From: Prochlorococcus marinus subsp. pastoris str. CCMP1986 | Lineage (GTDB): Bacteria > Cyanobacteriota > Cyanobacteriia > PCC-6307 > Cyanobiaceae | Reading direction: 5' to 3' | Assembly (NCBI RefSeq): GCF_000011465.1 | Contig: NC_005072.1 | Span: 630,001-662,000 of the forward strand | Length of the DNA stretch: 32,000 nt | Shown here: positions 21,412 to 28,124 of the stretch, piece after piece | How positions within the stretch are numbered: the first letter of the stretch is position 1 | Layout: every line of letters starts with the position of its first letter | Position numbers and translations under genes: made by a program | The notes under the pieces: model-generated | The model's database searches: none | Told to the model about the DNA's origin: nothing | The model's input: the letters and a program-made list of their open reading frames with translations, nothing else

Positions 21412-22602
21412 ATGAATCAAAAAAAAAATATAGAAAATATACAGAAAAATTATTCAATAGGAATAATTGGAGGTGGTCAATTAGCTTTAATGCTTGCTGA
21501 AGCTGCAAAAAATAGAGGAATAAAAGTATGCGTTCAAACTAAATCTTCCAATGATCCAGCAGGTTCAAAAGCAGATTATGTAATTGAAGCTGATCCCCTA
21601 AAGGTAAAAGGGAATAAGGACTTAATTAAAGAGTGCGAAAAAATTATTTTTGAAAATGAATGGATTAAAATTGAAAAATTGAATTCAATTGATTCTAAAA
21701 ATATTTTTGTACCAAGCCTTGAATCAATTCAACCTTTGGTCGATAGGATCTCCCAAAAAATATTAATAGAAAGATTGAACCTCCCATCACCAAGATGGAA
21801 ATCAATAGAGGAATTTAAAAGTCTTAATGATGAAGAAATTGAGTCTTGGAATTTTCCTCTAATGATTAAATCTTATAAAGGAGGATATGACGGTAAAGGA
21901 AATACAAAAATCAATACTAGAGAAGATTTAAATTCTTTTTTTGTTGAAACCAATTCAGAAGAATGGATAATTGAAGAATGGGTTGATTATAAAAATGAGT
22001 TTGCTTTAGTAGGATCTAGAGATTTTGATGGAACAATAAGATTCTTTCCAATTGTCGAGACATTTCAAAAAAATAATATTTGTGATTGGGTTTTGTCTCC
22101 AGCTGAAATTGATTATGATTTGAAGACTTTTGCGAAAAATATTTTTTCATCAATAGTAAATGAACTTGATTATGTAGGAGTGATGGGAATTGAATTTTTT
22201 TATGGTGATAAAGGACTATTAATTAATGAAATAGCCCCTAGAACTCATAATTCCGCACACTTTTCTATTGAAGCTTGTTCTTCAAGCCAGTTCGATCAAT
22301 ATGTTTGTATATCTTCAGGCATCAAGCCTCCAGAAATAAAAATGCATTCCCAAGGATCCTTAATGATAAATTTACTAGGTTTAAATAAAAAATTTCCTTT
22401 GTCCATAAAAAAAAGATTAGAATTATTATCTCAAATCAGGGGTTCTAATCTCCATTGGTATGGTAAATCCAAAGAAAGTGTTGGAAGAAAAATGGCTCAT
22501 ATAACGTTTTTACTTAACGAAGATAATCAGTCGAAAAGATTTGTAAAATCAAAAGAAATATTAAATAAGGTAAGAGAGATTTGGCCATCTCCAAATGACT
22601 AA
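21412..22602 (+). CDS. purK: N5-carboxyaminoimidazole ribonucleotide synthase (ATP-grasp)
   Basis: 396 aa with GIIGGGQLALM, ATP-grasp core segments, APRTHNSAH and RKMAHIT. Confidence 0.9.
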   Translation: MNQKKNIENIQKNYSIGIIGGGQLALMLAEAAKNRGIKVCVQTKSSNDPAGSKADYVIEADPLKVKGNKDLIKECEKIIFENEWIKIEKLNSIDSKNIFVPSLESIQPLVDRISQKILIERLNLPSPRWKSIEEFKSLNDEEIESWNFPLMIKSYKGGYDGKGNTKINTREDLNSFFVETNSEEWIIEEWVDYKNEFALVGSRDFDGTIRFFPIVETFQKNNICDWVLSPAEIDYDLKTFAKNIFSSIVNELDYVGVMGIEFFYGDKGLLINEIAPRTHNSAHFSIEACSSSQFDQYVCISSGIKPPEIKMHSQGSLMINLLGLNKKFPLSIKKRLELLSQIRGSNLHWYGKSKESVGRKMAHITFLLNEDNQSKRFVKSKEILNKVREIWPSPND

Positions 22603-22624
22603 AGAAATAAGTTAATATTTACAT

Positions 22625-22849
22625 ACTGGATCTTTGGTCAAGTTCTTCTTTATGTGCTCTGATCTGACTCTTTTTCGACTTGAGGAGACTGTCGTGATGT
22701 AGACGTAAACCAATCCTGTAATTGGAAACGAAAGCCCACTTTGACTCCTCTTCTGGCTTTTCCAGGTCGATGCATCAGAGAACTGGCGGGGATTCGGTGT
22801 TACCTATCAAACTGCATGCTAATACATGCTTTTGATAGGTAATTTTATT
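22625..22849 (+). ncRNA. ssrS: 6S RNA (ssrS/ssaA-type) with a 3' stem-loop terminator; ends approximate
   Basis: No ORF, and clearly more GC-rich than the flanks. Distal segments pair into a long interrupted rod: ctctgat/atcagag, gaggag/ctcctc and apical ccaat-N6-attgg. A 10-bp hairpin acctatcaaa...tttgataggt (22802-22840) plus a T-rich tail closes it. The position right after purK matches my recollection of cyanobacterial 6S RNA loci. Confidence 0.55.
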
Positions 22850-22943
22850 CCCAGAATCAAGAGAAAAAGGTAAATAAAAAATTCAATACTTGACGAACTA
22901 TACTCACTACACTACAGTAGTAGTACACCTGTATTACTTACTA

Positions 22944-23243
22944 ATGACTCTAGGAGGAGCCAATGTTTGGTCTAATTTTTCTTATGGCAGTCGTGTTGAT
23001 TCACCCAATGGCTGGATACTTAACCCGCAAGGCAGCTTTTTAATCTTATTTGAAAACTGCAAGAAATCAGCACGGAACAACATTAATGTTTATACCCATC
23101 TCTTATTTACAAATCATCTAGGAGAACCAGCAGGACTTAAAAACACAAGACTTCATGATCTTGACTCTGCGTTTGAAACATGGAATGAACTAATAGCTGG
23201 AGGATGGACTGAAGTAACAAACCAATTTCAAGAATCAGCATGA
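22944..23243 (+). CDS. Hypothetical 99-aa protein, first gene of a coupled triad (possibly the marine-picocyanobacterial DUF1651 type)
   Basis: I prefer ATG 22944 inside the track ORF 22890..23243. The C-terminus AFETWNELIAGGW resembles DUF1651 as I remember it. Its stop overlaps the next ATG. Confidence 0.5.
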   Translation: MTLGGANVWSNFSYGSRVDSPNGWILNPQGSFLILFENCKKSARNNINVYTHLLFTNHLGEPAGLKNTRLHDLDSAFETWNELIAGGWTEVTNQFQESA

Positions 23244-23377
23244 CATACTTAAATCCAATCAAAAAGAAACTTTCAAAAGAGAATAGAAAAGTATCTGCTC
23301 AAGACCCATCAAAACTATTAGCAGAATTTTTTAGTGGCGTAGTAATTAACCTCGATGAAGAATACATCTATGACTAA
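23240..23377 (+). CDS. Hypothetical 45-aa protein (basic N-terminus, acidic C-terminus)
   Basis: Hand-translated as MTYLNPIKKKLSKENRKVSAQDPSKLLAEFFSGVVINLDEEYIYD. ATGA overlap with the upstream stop and TAATG overlap with the downstream start. Confidence 0.4.
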   Translation: MTYLNPIKKKLSKENRKVSAQDPSKLLAEFFSGVVINLDEEYIYD

Positions 23378-23607
23378 TGGAAGATCCTCAGTCATGGGAT
23401 TACTTCGATTTTAACTCAGAACTGAAAAGCAAACGTACAAAGATTTGCATTACTTGCACTCACTTTCGTTACAGCACGATAGATCAATGTGTAACTATCT
23501 TGACCTGTCCCTTTCACCAGAAGCTTATTCCTCAAGGAGATCACTTAGTTAAGGGATGTAAATGTTGGAGAGAAAATAGAACTATCTTTGCGTCTGAAGC
23601 TGCTTAA
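23377..23607 (+). CDS. Hypothetical 76-aa Cys/His-rich (putative metal-binding) protein
   Basis: Track ORF. It has 6 Cys and 3 His between residues 24 and 63 (CITCTH...C-x5-C-x2-H...H-x4-C-x-C). Confidence 0.55.
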   Translation: MEDPQSWDYFDFNSELKSKRTKICITCTHFRYSTIDQCVTILTCPFHQKLIPQGDHLVKGCKCWRENRTIFASEAA

Positions 23608-23668
23608 CAAAAAGCATTGATAAATATATTTTATGCTTAAATATCTTTAAGTTCTTATTACATTCTAA

Positions 23669-23791
23669 ATGCCTTATTCAGAAACTAAAGTAATTATTGG
23701 TGGACTAGCCCATATCCCAGTCCTTATTTTTATTTTTAATTTCATAAAAAATAAATTTGAAGCTAGGGCTCAATCAACTTCTATTAGTTAA
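23669..23791 (+). CDS. Hypothetical 40-aa single-helix miniprotein
   Basis: Hand-translated as MPYSETKVIIGGLAHIPVLIFIFNFIKNKFEARAQSTSIS, with one hydrophobic helix. No other support. Confidence 0.3.
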   Translation: MPYSETKVIIGGLAHIPVLIFIFNFIKNKFEARAQSTSIS

Positions 23792-23817
23792 TATATTTGC
23801 CTAATCTTTATGTTTAG

Positions 23818-23964
23818 TTATTTGGCTTTCTTCAAATATAGATTCTTTTTATTAGCCTGATCTGATGTAAACAACATAACTAATATTGTCCCAACTAAGA
23901 ATGAAAACATCGTTGTTACCTCTAAGACCGTCACCATCTCACTAGGCAGATAATTTGTAAACAT
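23818..23964 (-). CDS. Hypothetical 48-aa single-helix miniprotein
   Basis: Hand-translated as MFTNYLPSEMVTVLEVTTMFSFLVGTILVMLFTSDQANKKNLYLKKAK. It is convergent with the previous ORF, with a 26-nt gap. Confidence 0.3.
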   Translation of the reverse strand: MFTNYLPSEMVTVLEVTTMFSFLVGTILVMLFTSDQANKKNLYLKKAK

Positions 23965-24111
23965 AATAAAGTTCAACTCTTATTTCAAACGTAGCAACTA
24001 TTCAAATTTTGACCATTGGTAATAACTTTATTTATTCGAAGTTTTAACAATGAGTTTTTAAAAATAAGAAATACCTTTTTAAAACAACTATATTCCTAAT
24101 AAATTTTTTAT

Positions 24112-24407
24112 ATGAAAATTTCTGACAATTTAACTACTTCAGTTGTAGATCCAAAGACAACGAAAAGAAAATATCCAAAAGCAAGGATAATTGTTCTTGA
24201 TGATAATTTTAATACGTTTGAACACGTAGCAAATTGTCTTGTAAGAACTATCCCTGGAATAAGTGAAAAAAATCATTATTACTTGCACTCTTAGTTGATA
24301 GGGAAGGTTCGGCAGAAGTATGGAGAGGACCCTTTGAGCAGGCAGAACTATATCATCAGCAACTTGTCACCTAATGATTAACTATGGCACCAATTGAAAA
24401 GACATAA
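24112..24407 (+). pseudogene. clpS: ClpS (Clp protease N-degron adaptor) gene disrupted by a 1-nt frameshift in an A7 run and by in-frame TAA-TGA
   Basis: Frame 1 reads KRKYPKARIIVLDDNFNTFEHVANCLVRTIPGISEK and then goes off-frame at A7 (24266-24272). The next frame continues KKSLLLALLVDREGSAEVWRGPFEQAELYHQQLVT, then TAA TGA (24372-24377), then LTMAPIEKT. Joined together this is a typical cyanobacterial ClpS. Confidence 0.7.
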
Positions 24408-24516
24408 AAAATAGTAAATACTTGGTGAATTACTTTTTTCAGCATATAACCAATAAGTAACAATACTCATCAATATCCACGAAAAAAAATATCTTGTATA
24501 TGTTATATATGTGTGT

Positions 24517-24606
24517 AGGAGAAGTTTTACTGAAACAGTGGAAACAAGGAAACACTTGGTTTAGTAAAACTATATAAAGATCTCTAGAAATAGAGATCTT
24601 TTTTAT
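24517..24606 (+). ncRNA. Yfr2-family (Yfr2-5 type) small RNA
   Basis: A 14-bp stem (agttttactgaaac / ggtttagtaaaact) has a loop carrying two GGAAACA copies (gtGGAAACAaGGAAACAct). A perfect terminator aagatctcta-gaaa-tagagatctt plus a T run follows. There is a TATAT-rich -10 just upstream and no ORF. Confidence 0.65.
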
Positions 24607-24708
24607 TATCTAGTTTTAATTTGCATAAAAATGTACTTTTGACAGTAATAGAAATGTATTAATAGTCATAAAAAGAGTTTTTAAATAGTCTCTTATGTAG
24701 ATCAACTT

Positions 24709-24840
24709 TCAATCGTATATTTTATCTTGGTCTAAAATTTCTCTTTTGTATTTCTCACTAAGTTCATAATTGTATTGAAATTTCTGTATTATTTTTACGA
24801 TTTCATCGATAGCTTTTTCTGTTTCTTCTTTAGGTTTCAT
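24709..24840 (-). CDS. Hypothetical 43-aa hydrophilic protein
   Basis: Hand-translated as MKPKEETEKAIDEIVKIIQKFQYNYELSEKYKREILDQDKIYD. A weak hairpin plus T run lies downstream (about 24672-24700). Confidence 0.3.
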   Translation of the reverse strand: MKPKEETEKAIDEIVKIIQKFQYNYELSEKYKREILDQDKIYD

Positions 24841-25056
24841 GATTTAATAAACGGTGAAAGTAGTAAGAGTTTTATTGTAATTTTCTTACTAAATTTATAG
24901 TTTTTATTATTTGTGTTTCTTAAATTTGAATTCAAAATAAGAAAGCAATAATACAAAAAGAAAAACCAAGATTAATCCCAATCAAACCATACGTAATTTT
25001 AGTTAAAACCAAATCATAGCAAAATTGTATTTGCGGCAAGTGTTGAGGTATGTGCC

Positions 25057-25200
25057 TTATTTATCAGTTGAAGTTTCTATATCTTCATAAAGAGTTTTAG
25101 TTGATCTACTAAATCCATTAGCTCTTAGGTATGCCTGGGACTCTCTAAACTTTTCTGCTAGTCTTTGCGCGTATGGAGTACTTATTGAAGAATGAGTCAT
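25057..25200 (-). CDS. Hypothetical 47-aa protein
   Basis: Hand-translated as MTHSSISTPYAQRLAEKFRESQAYLRANGFSRSTKTLYEDIETSTDK. Confidence 0.3.
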   Translation of the reverse strand: MTHSSISTPYAQRLAEKFRESQAYLRANGFSRSTKTLYEDIETSTDK

Positions 25201-25345
25201 AATATTTACTTTGCAATTACATCCATAATGCAAATTAATTGAATAATTGAAAAATGATCAACCGTACAAAAATGACAAATTTAAGACTTTTTACTTAGTT
25301 GAAATAATTAGTGAAAATAAAGAGAGGATTGTGAAGACTGCATAA

Positions 25346-25585
25346 TTAATTAGAATCATTTCTGAATTTAATTGAACGAATCCAAGAATAGTATCTCGAT
25401 TTTCTATTTCGTTGCTCTTTAAAAATTAATCTATCTGCGGTCTGCGACGGTGATTCTCCCCTCTTAATATCGGTCGACATGGCAATACCAAATCCACTAG
25501 CCTCAATTTTAGGAGTTCCACCTTCAAGATAAAAGAGAAAGGACCAACCTTTATTCCACCCAAGATAAAAAGGATTTTGGGACAT
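25346..25585 (-). CDS. Hypothetical 79-aa protein
   Basis: Track ORF 25346..25672 trimmed to ATG 25585 (MSQNPFYLGWNKGW...), because a minus-strand terminator overlaps the TTG start of the long form. Confidence 0.5.
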   Translation of the reverse strand: MSQNPFYLGWNKGWSFLFYLEGGTPKIEASGFGIAMSTDIKRGESPSQTADRLIFKEQRNRKSRYYSWIRSIKFRNDSN

Positions 25586-25670
25586 GAATTTATTTATAAT
25601 TAATACACCAATAATAATTTCTAAATAAAATCTTTTAATGTATTTAGTAATACATCTAGAAATAGTTTCC

Positions 25671-25698
25671 AAAAAAAAAGGGAGCTAATTACTCCTTT
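25671..25698 (-). terminator. Rho-independent terminator after the 51-aa ORF
   Basis: The minus-strand RNA reads AAAAGGAG-uaauuag-CUCCCUUUUUUUUU, a short GC core extended by A:U pairs and a U9 tail. Confidence 0.4.
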
Positions 25699-25764
25699 TC
25701 TTGATCAACTTTGAATCACTTATTTATGTTGGAATTTTTACTCTCCATAAAAGGCTAATTTGTT

Positions 25765-25920
25765 TTAGCCAGAACAAGAAAAGGCGCCTGCAAGAATATT
25801 TTTAAAAATCGGTGCTTGACCTAATGCATATAAGAAAAAGACTGATGATGCAAAAGTAAGGACTATTTTATAAGTTTTGTTAACTTTTAAATTAGAGAAC
25901 TTTGTAAGTGCTGAGTTCAT
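25765..25920 (-). CDS. Hypothetical 51-aa membrane miniprotein
   Basis: Hand-translated as MNSALTKFSNLKVNKTYKIVLTFASSVFFLYALGQAPIFKNILAGAFSCSG. A terminator follows it. Confidence 0.4.
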   Translation of the reverse strand: MNSALTKFSNLKVNKTYKIVLTFASSVFFLYALGQAPIFKNILAGAFSCSG

Positions 25921-25988
25921 TTTTTCATTATTTCTATAACCAATATAGCCCCTTAAATAAAAGATTCAGCATCAAAATTTACCAAAAA

Positions 25989-26198
25989 TTAATTTTGTTG
26001 TTGCGGTAATTCGGTGGCATTTTTTATTTGTTCAAATTCATTTTTAGAAACGACTCTTATTTTGTAATTTGGATATCTTCTTTTCCACCAGTTATTTATT
26101 GATATTGCAATTCCATCCAAGTCTTCAGTACAGATATGTACACATATAATTTTATCTTGATCTTGCTTAAAAAATTCCCAATTCGTAGGTGAATTCAT
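25989..26198 (-). CDS. Hypothetical 69-aa protein
   Basis: Track ORF with ATG start and no recognisable motif. Confidence 0.45.
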   Translation of the reverse strand: MNSPTNWEFFKQDQDKIICVHICTEDLDGIAISINNWWKRRYPNYKIRVVSKNEFEQIKNATELPQQQN

Positions 26199-26274
26199 TT
26201 AATAAAGTAAATAACTAAACCTATAAAAGAACTTCCTACCAGTAGCAGGACCATTAATAAAGCTATTAGCTTTG

Positions 26275-26664
26275 CTAGACCCATAAAGATAAATTCGAAT
26301 CTCCTGTTGATCTCTGCATCCAATGAATTTTCCAAACATTACCCACTTTTTTAAAAATAGAAGTAACTGTTGGCAAATCATCATTAGGAGTCCCTTTATA
26401 TCTGAATTTTGAACCAAAAGTGAAAATGCACATTGCGACATTATCACTTAGAAATTCGAATCGGTGTATTTTTGTTATTTCTGCTTTTTCTTGTACTACA
26501 TCCCCAGAGTTCATCATTTCTTCAAATCCTTTTGCACTTATTGGATTACCACTTGGTCTGATAAATAAAAAATCGGGAGTTGCATTGTTCATGAAAAAAG
26601 AACCCATCTTTTCTGGGGATGCGAGCTCATCTAACAATGAAATAATTTTTTCTTTATCAGTCAT
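26275..26664 (-). CDS. NTF2-like / SnoaL-DUF4440-like small protein
   Basis: 129 aa. Length and pattern (FLFIRPSGNPI...WKIHWMQRS) resemble the NTF2-fold superfamily. This is the largest ORF in the island. Confidence 0.55.
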   Translation of the reverse strand: MTDKEKIISLLDELASPEKMGSFFMNNATPDFLFIRPSGNPISAKGFEEMMNSGDVVQEKAEITKIHRFEFLSDNVAMCIFTFGSKFRYKGTPNDDLPTVTSIFKKVGNVWKIHWMQRSTGDSNLSLWV

Positions 26665-26769
26665 TAGAAATGTTAGTTTTATCTATATTATTTTAGACAG
26701 ACTGTCAATAATCTATTTAGTTTTAATAATTGTAAATATCTATCGTCAAACAAACTAATTGTTTAAGTA

Positions 26770-26943
26770 TTAACTTGCGGTATCTTCTTGGGCCCATTCT
26801 TTATGTTTTTGTTCTAGATCTGTAACTGAATCCCTTTGATAAGTTAACTTTAAATGATTATGAGCTAGCTGATCTTTGGCTACCTTCATATCGTTTGAAA
26901 AGAAATTCAATGGCTCTACTTTCATACCTTTTTTATTTTCCAT
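26770..26943 (-). CDS. Hypothetical 57-aa hydrophilic protein
   Basis: Hand-translated as MENKKGMKVEPLNFFSNDMKVAKDQLAHNHLKLTYQRDSVTDLEQKHKEWAQEDTAS. Confidence 0.35.
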   Translation of the reverse strand: MENKKGMKVEPLNFFSNDMKVAKDQLAHNHLKLTYQRDSVTDLEQKHKEWAQEDTAS

Positions 26944-27048
26944 TGTTTCTCCGATTCTTTAAATACGAATACATTTATAAAATGTTTTTATAAGAAACCC
27001 CAGAAATTTAATCTTTTATTTGGATTTGCTTTACAGATTTAGATGAAA

Positions 27049-27258
27049 TTACTTATTTAGAGGGGTCAAGACTTGAGTTGGAATCCAACTGGGTTTATCC
27101 ATAATCCATTTCTCTCTGTCTTCATATTTAACTGTCCATAAAAAAAATGAAGATATTTGCTTTAAAGATACTCCAACTATGAATCTTGTTCTTGGACTGA
27201 TAGTAATAAATCCAACCATTAAAATTAATAAAATTAATCTAAAAATAGTTTTAAACAT
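27049..27258 (-). CDS. Hypothetical 69-aa N-terminally anchored membrane protein
   Basis: Track ORF with N-terminal helix FRLILLILMVGFITI. Confidence 0.45.
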   Translation of the reverse strand: MFKTIFRLILLILMVGFITISPRTRFIVGVSLKQISSFFLWTVKYEDREKWIMDKPSWIPTQVLTPLNK

Positions 27259-27391
27259 TTAAAAATATTATGGATTAAATTAGTAAATTTTTCATTTAAT
27301 CCAAATACTAGCAACAGCAGTATTCATATTTATACCATTTTTTTTAAAGATATAAAAATGTTTTTTTATTATTTAGCCTCCATTAAAAAAG

Positions 27392-27424
27392 AAAAAAAAG
27401 ATTGACTACTGACTTTAGTAATCA
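27392..27424 (-). terminator. Orphan rho-independent terminator on the minus strand
   Basis: The minus-strand RNA reads GAUUACUA-aagucag-UAGUCAAUC (8 bp with one bulged C) followed by U8. No annotated minus-strand gene lies immediately upstream. Confidence 0.55.
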
Positions 27425-27534
27425 ACCTCTTAACTTAGTTATGTGTAATAGTAAACAATTGGCTGCTTAAACCAATCTAATGAACTTCTCTGGTGGACTA
27501 TCAATCATTTCTAATCCCTCCGTTTGAATAATTC

Positions 27535-27559
27535 AAAGTTAGTATGAATAAATTTTTTT
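27535..27559. repeat. Copy 1 of a duplicated ~25-nt motif (aaaGTTAGTATGAATAAATTTTTtt)
   Basis: Near-identical to copy 2, which lies 53-54 nt downstream. The shared core is TTAGTATGAA[T/C]AAA[T/C]TTTTT. Confidence 0.45.
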
Positions 27560-27587
27560 GTATATGCGCAAATATGCTGATTTATTT

Positions 27588-27613
27588 AAAACTTAGTATG
27601 AACAAACTTTTTA
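27588..27613. repeat. Copy 2 of the duplicated motif (aaaCTTAGTATGAACAAACTTTTTat)
   Basis: See copy 1. The two ATGs are in the same frame, 54 nt apart. Confidence 0.45.
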
Positions 27614-27673
27614 TTTTTTCTTCTAAAGTTTTTAACAGATAACGTTTAATAATTATTTTAGGTATTCTTACGC

Positions 27674-27703
27674 TTGATTTTTACAAGTAGTACGTACTAG
27701 ATA
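27674..27703 (+). promoter_or_regulatory. Candidate promoter (TTGATT-N18-TAGATA) with an embedded perfect 12-bp palindrome TAGTACGTACTA (27688-27699)
   Basis: The sequence was read directly. The palindrome fills the spacer and overlaps the -10, about 30 nt upstream of the first ATG of the cassette. Confidence 0.35.
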
Positions 27704-27729
27704 ACACTCAAATCAAAGGAGGTTATCAA

Positions 27730-27891
27730 ATGACCAACTTGGGATTAGAGCTACTCATATTGACTGTATTACTTATTTATTTTGGAGTTTTTATGACTCA
27801 AAATATTTATGAACAATATGAAAAAGCCTATTTACGCAAAACTATTTTTTGCAGCAAATCAAAAAGTGACCCCTATTGCATTGCTGAATAA
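27730..27891 (+). CDS. Hypothetical 53-aa membrane miniprotein with a strong Shine-Dalgarno site
   Basis: Hand-translated as MTNLGLELLILTVLLIYFGVFMTQNIYEQYEKAYLRKTIFCSKSKSDPYCIAE. AAGGAGG (27716-27722) lies 7 nt before the ATG. Confidence 0.5.
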   Translation: MTNLGLELLILTVLLIYFGVFMTQNIYEQYEKAYLRKTIFCSKSKSDPYCIAE

Positions 27892-27928
27892 CTAGGGTTT
27901 AAAACATTTCTTAAAAAGGAGGTTAATC

Positions 27929-28111
27929 ATGTATTGCGGGAATTCATATAAACATATGCTCAAAAATGCAGTCAATTCTTTTCTAAATATTTTTACTGCT
28001 CTTGAGTCAAACTCAAGAGCTTTATCTGATGACCAAATGGAATGCATGCAATTTGGGATTTGTTCTTTTGTTCCAAAGACATCAGAAGAAATTTCCTATT
28101 TTCATTACTAA
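27929..28111 (+). CDS. Hypothetical 60-aa protein with a strong Shine-Dalgarno site
   Basis: Track ORF with AAGGAGG (27916-27922) 6 nt before the ATG. It contains a perfect internal 9-bp hairpin, which lowers confidence in the coding call. Confidence 0.4.
   Translation: MYCGNSYKHMLKNAVNSFLNIFTALESNSRALSDDQMECMQFGICSFVPKTSEEISYFHY
27998..28025 (+). other. Perfect 9-bp inverted repeat (GCTCTTGAG-tcaaa-CTCAAGAGC) followed by TTTAT, inside the 60-aa ORF
   Basis: Read directly. It has terminator- or attenuator-like geometry on the plus strand. Confidence 0.3.
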
Positions 28112-28124
28112 TTAGGAGAAAAAC

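Noticed and set aside
22963-23043. 26-aa ORF (MFGLIFLMAVVLIHPMAGYLTRKAAF) preceded by AGGAGG
   Set aside because: It lies out of frame inside the 99-aa ORF, and the AGGAGG is itself part of that ORF (codons LGG). It is more likely coincidental.
24378-24470. 30-aa minus-strand ORF overlapping the tail of the clpS relic
   Set aside because: It overlaps recognisable ClpS coding remnants on the other strand and has no start-site signals.
25586-25672. Long TTG-initiated form of ORF 25346..25672; similar non-ATG 5' extensions in track ORFs 5174..5866, 17226.., 18173..19000, 22890.., 30841..31110 and 31190..
   Set aside because: For 25346..25672, the extension overlaps a minus-strand terminator belonging to the upstream gene. 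In the other cases an internal ATG sits just before the first conserved motif. Starts remain uncertain without experimental data.
26199-26758. Track ORFs 26199..26447(-) and 26420..26758(+)
   Set aside because: They overlap the NTF2-like ORF 26275..26664, which is longer and has a fold-like pattern. They also lack plausible starts.
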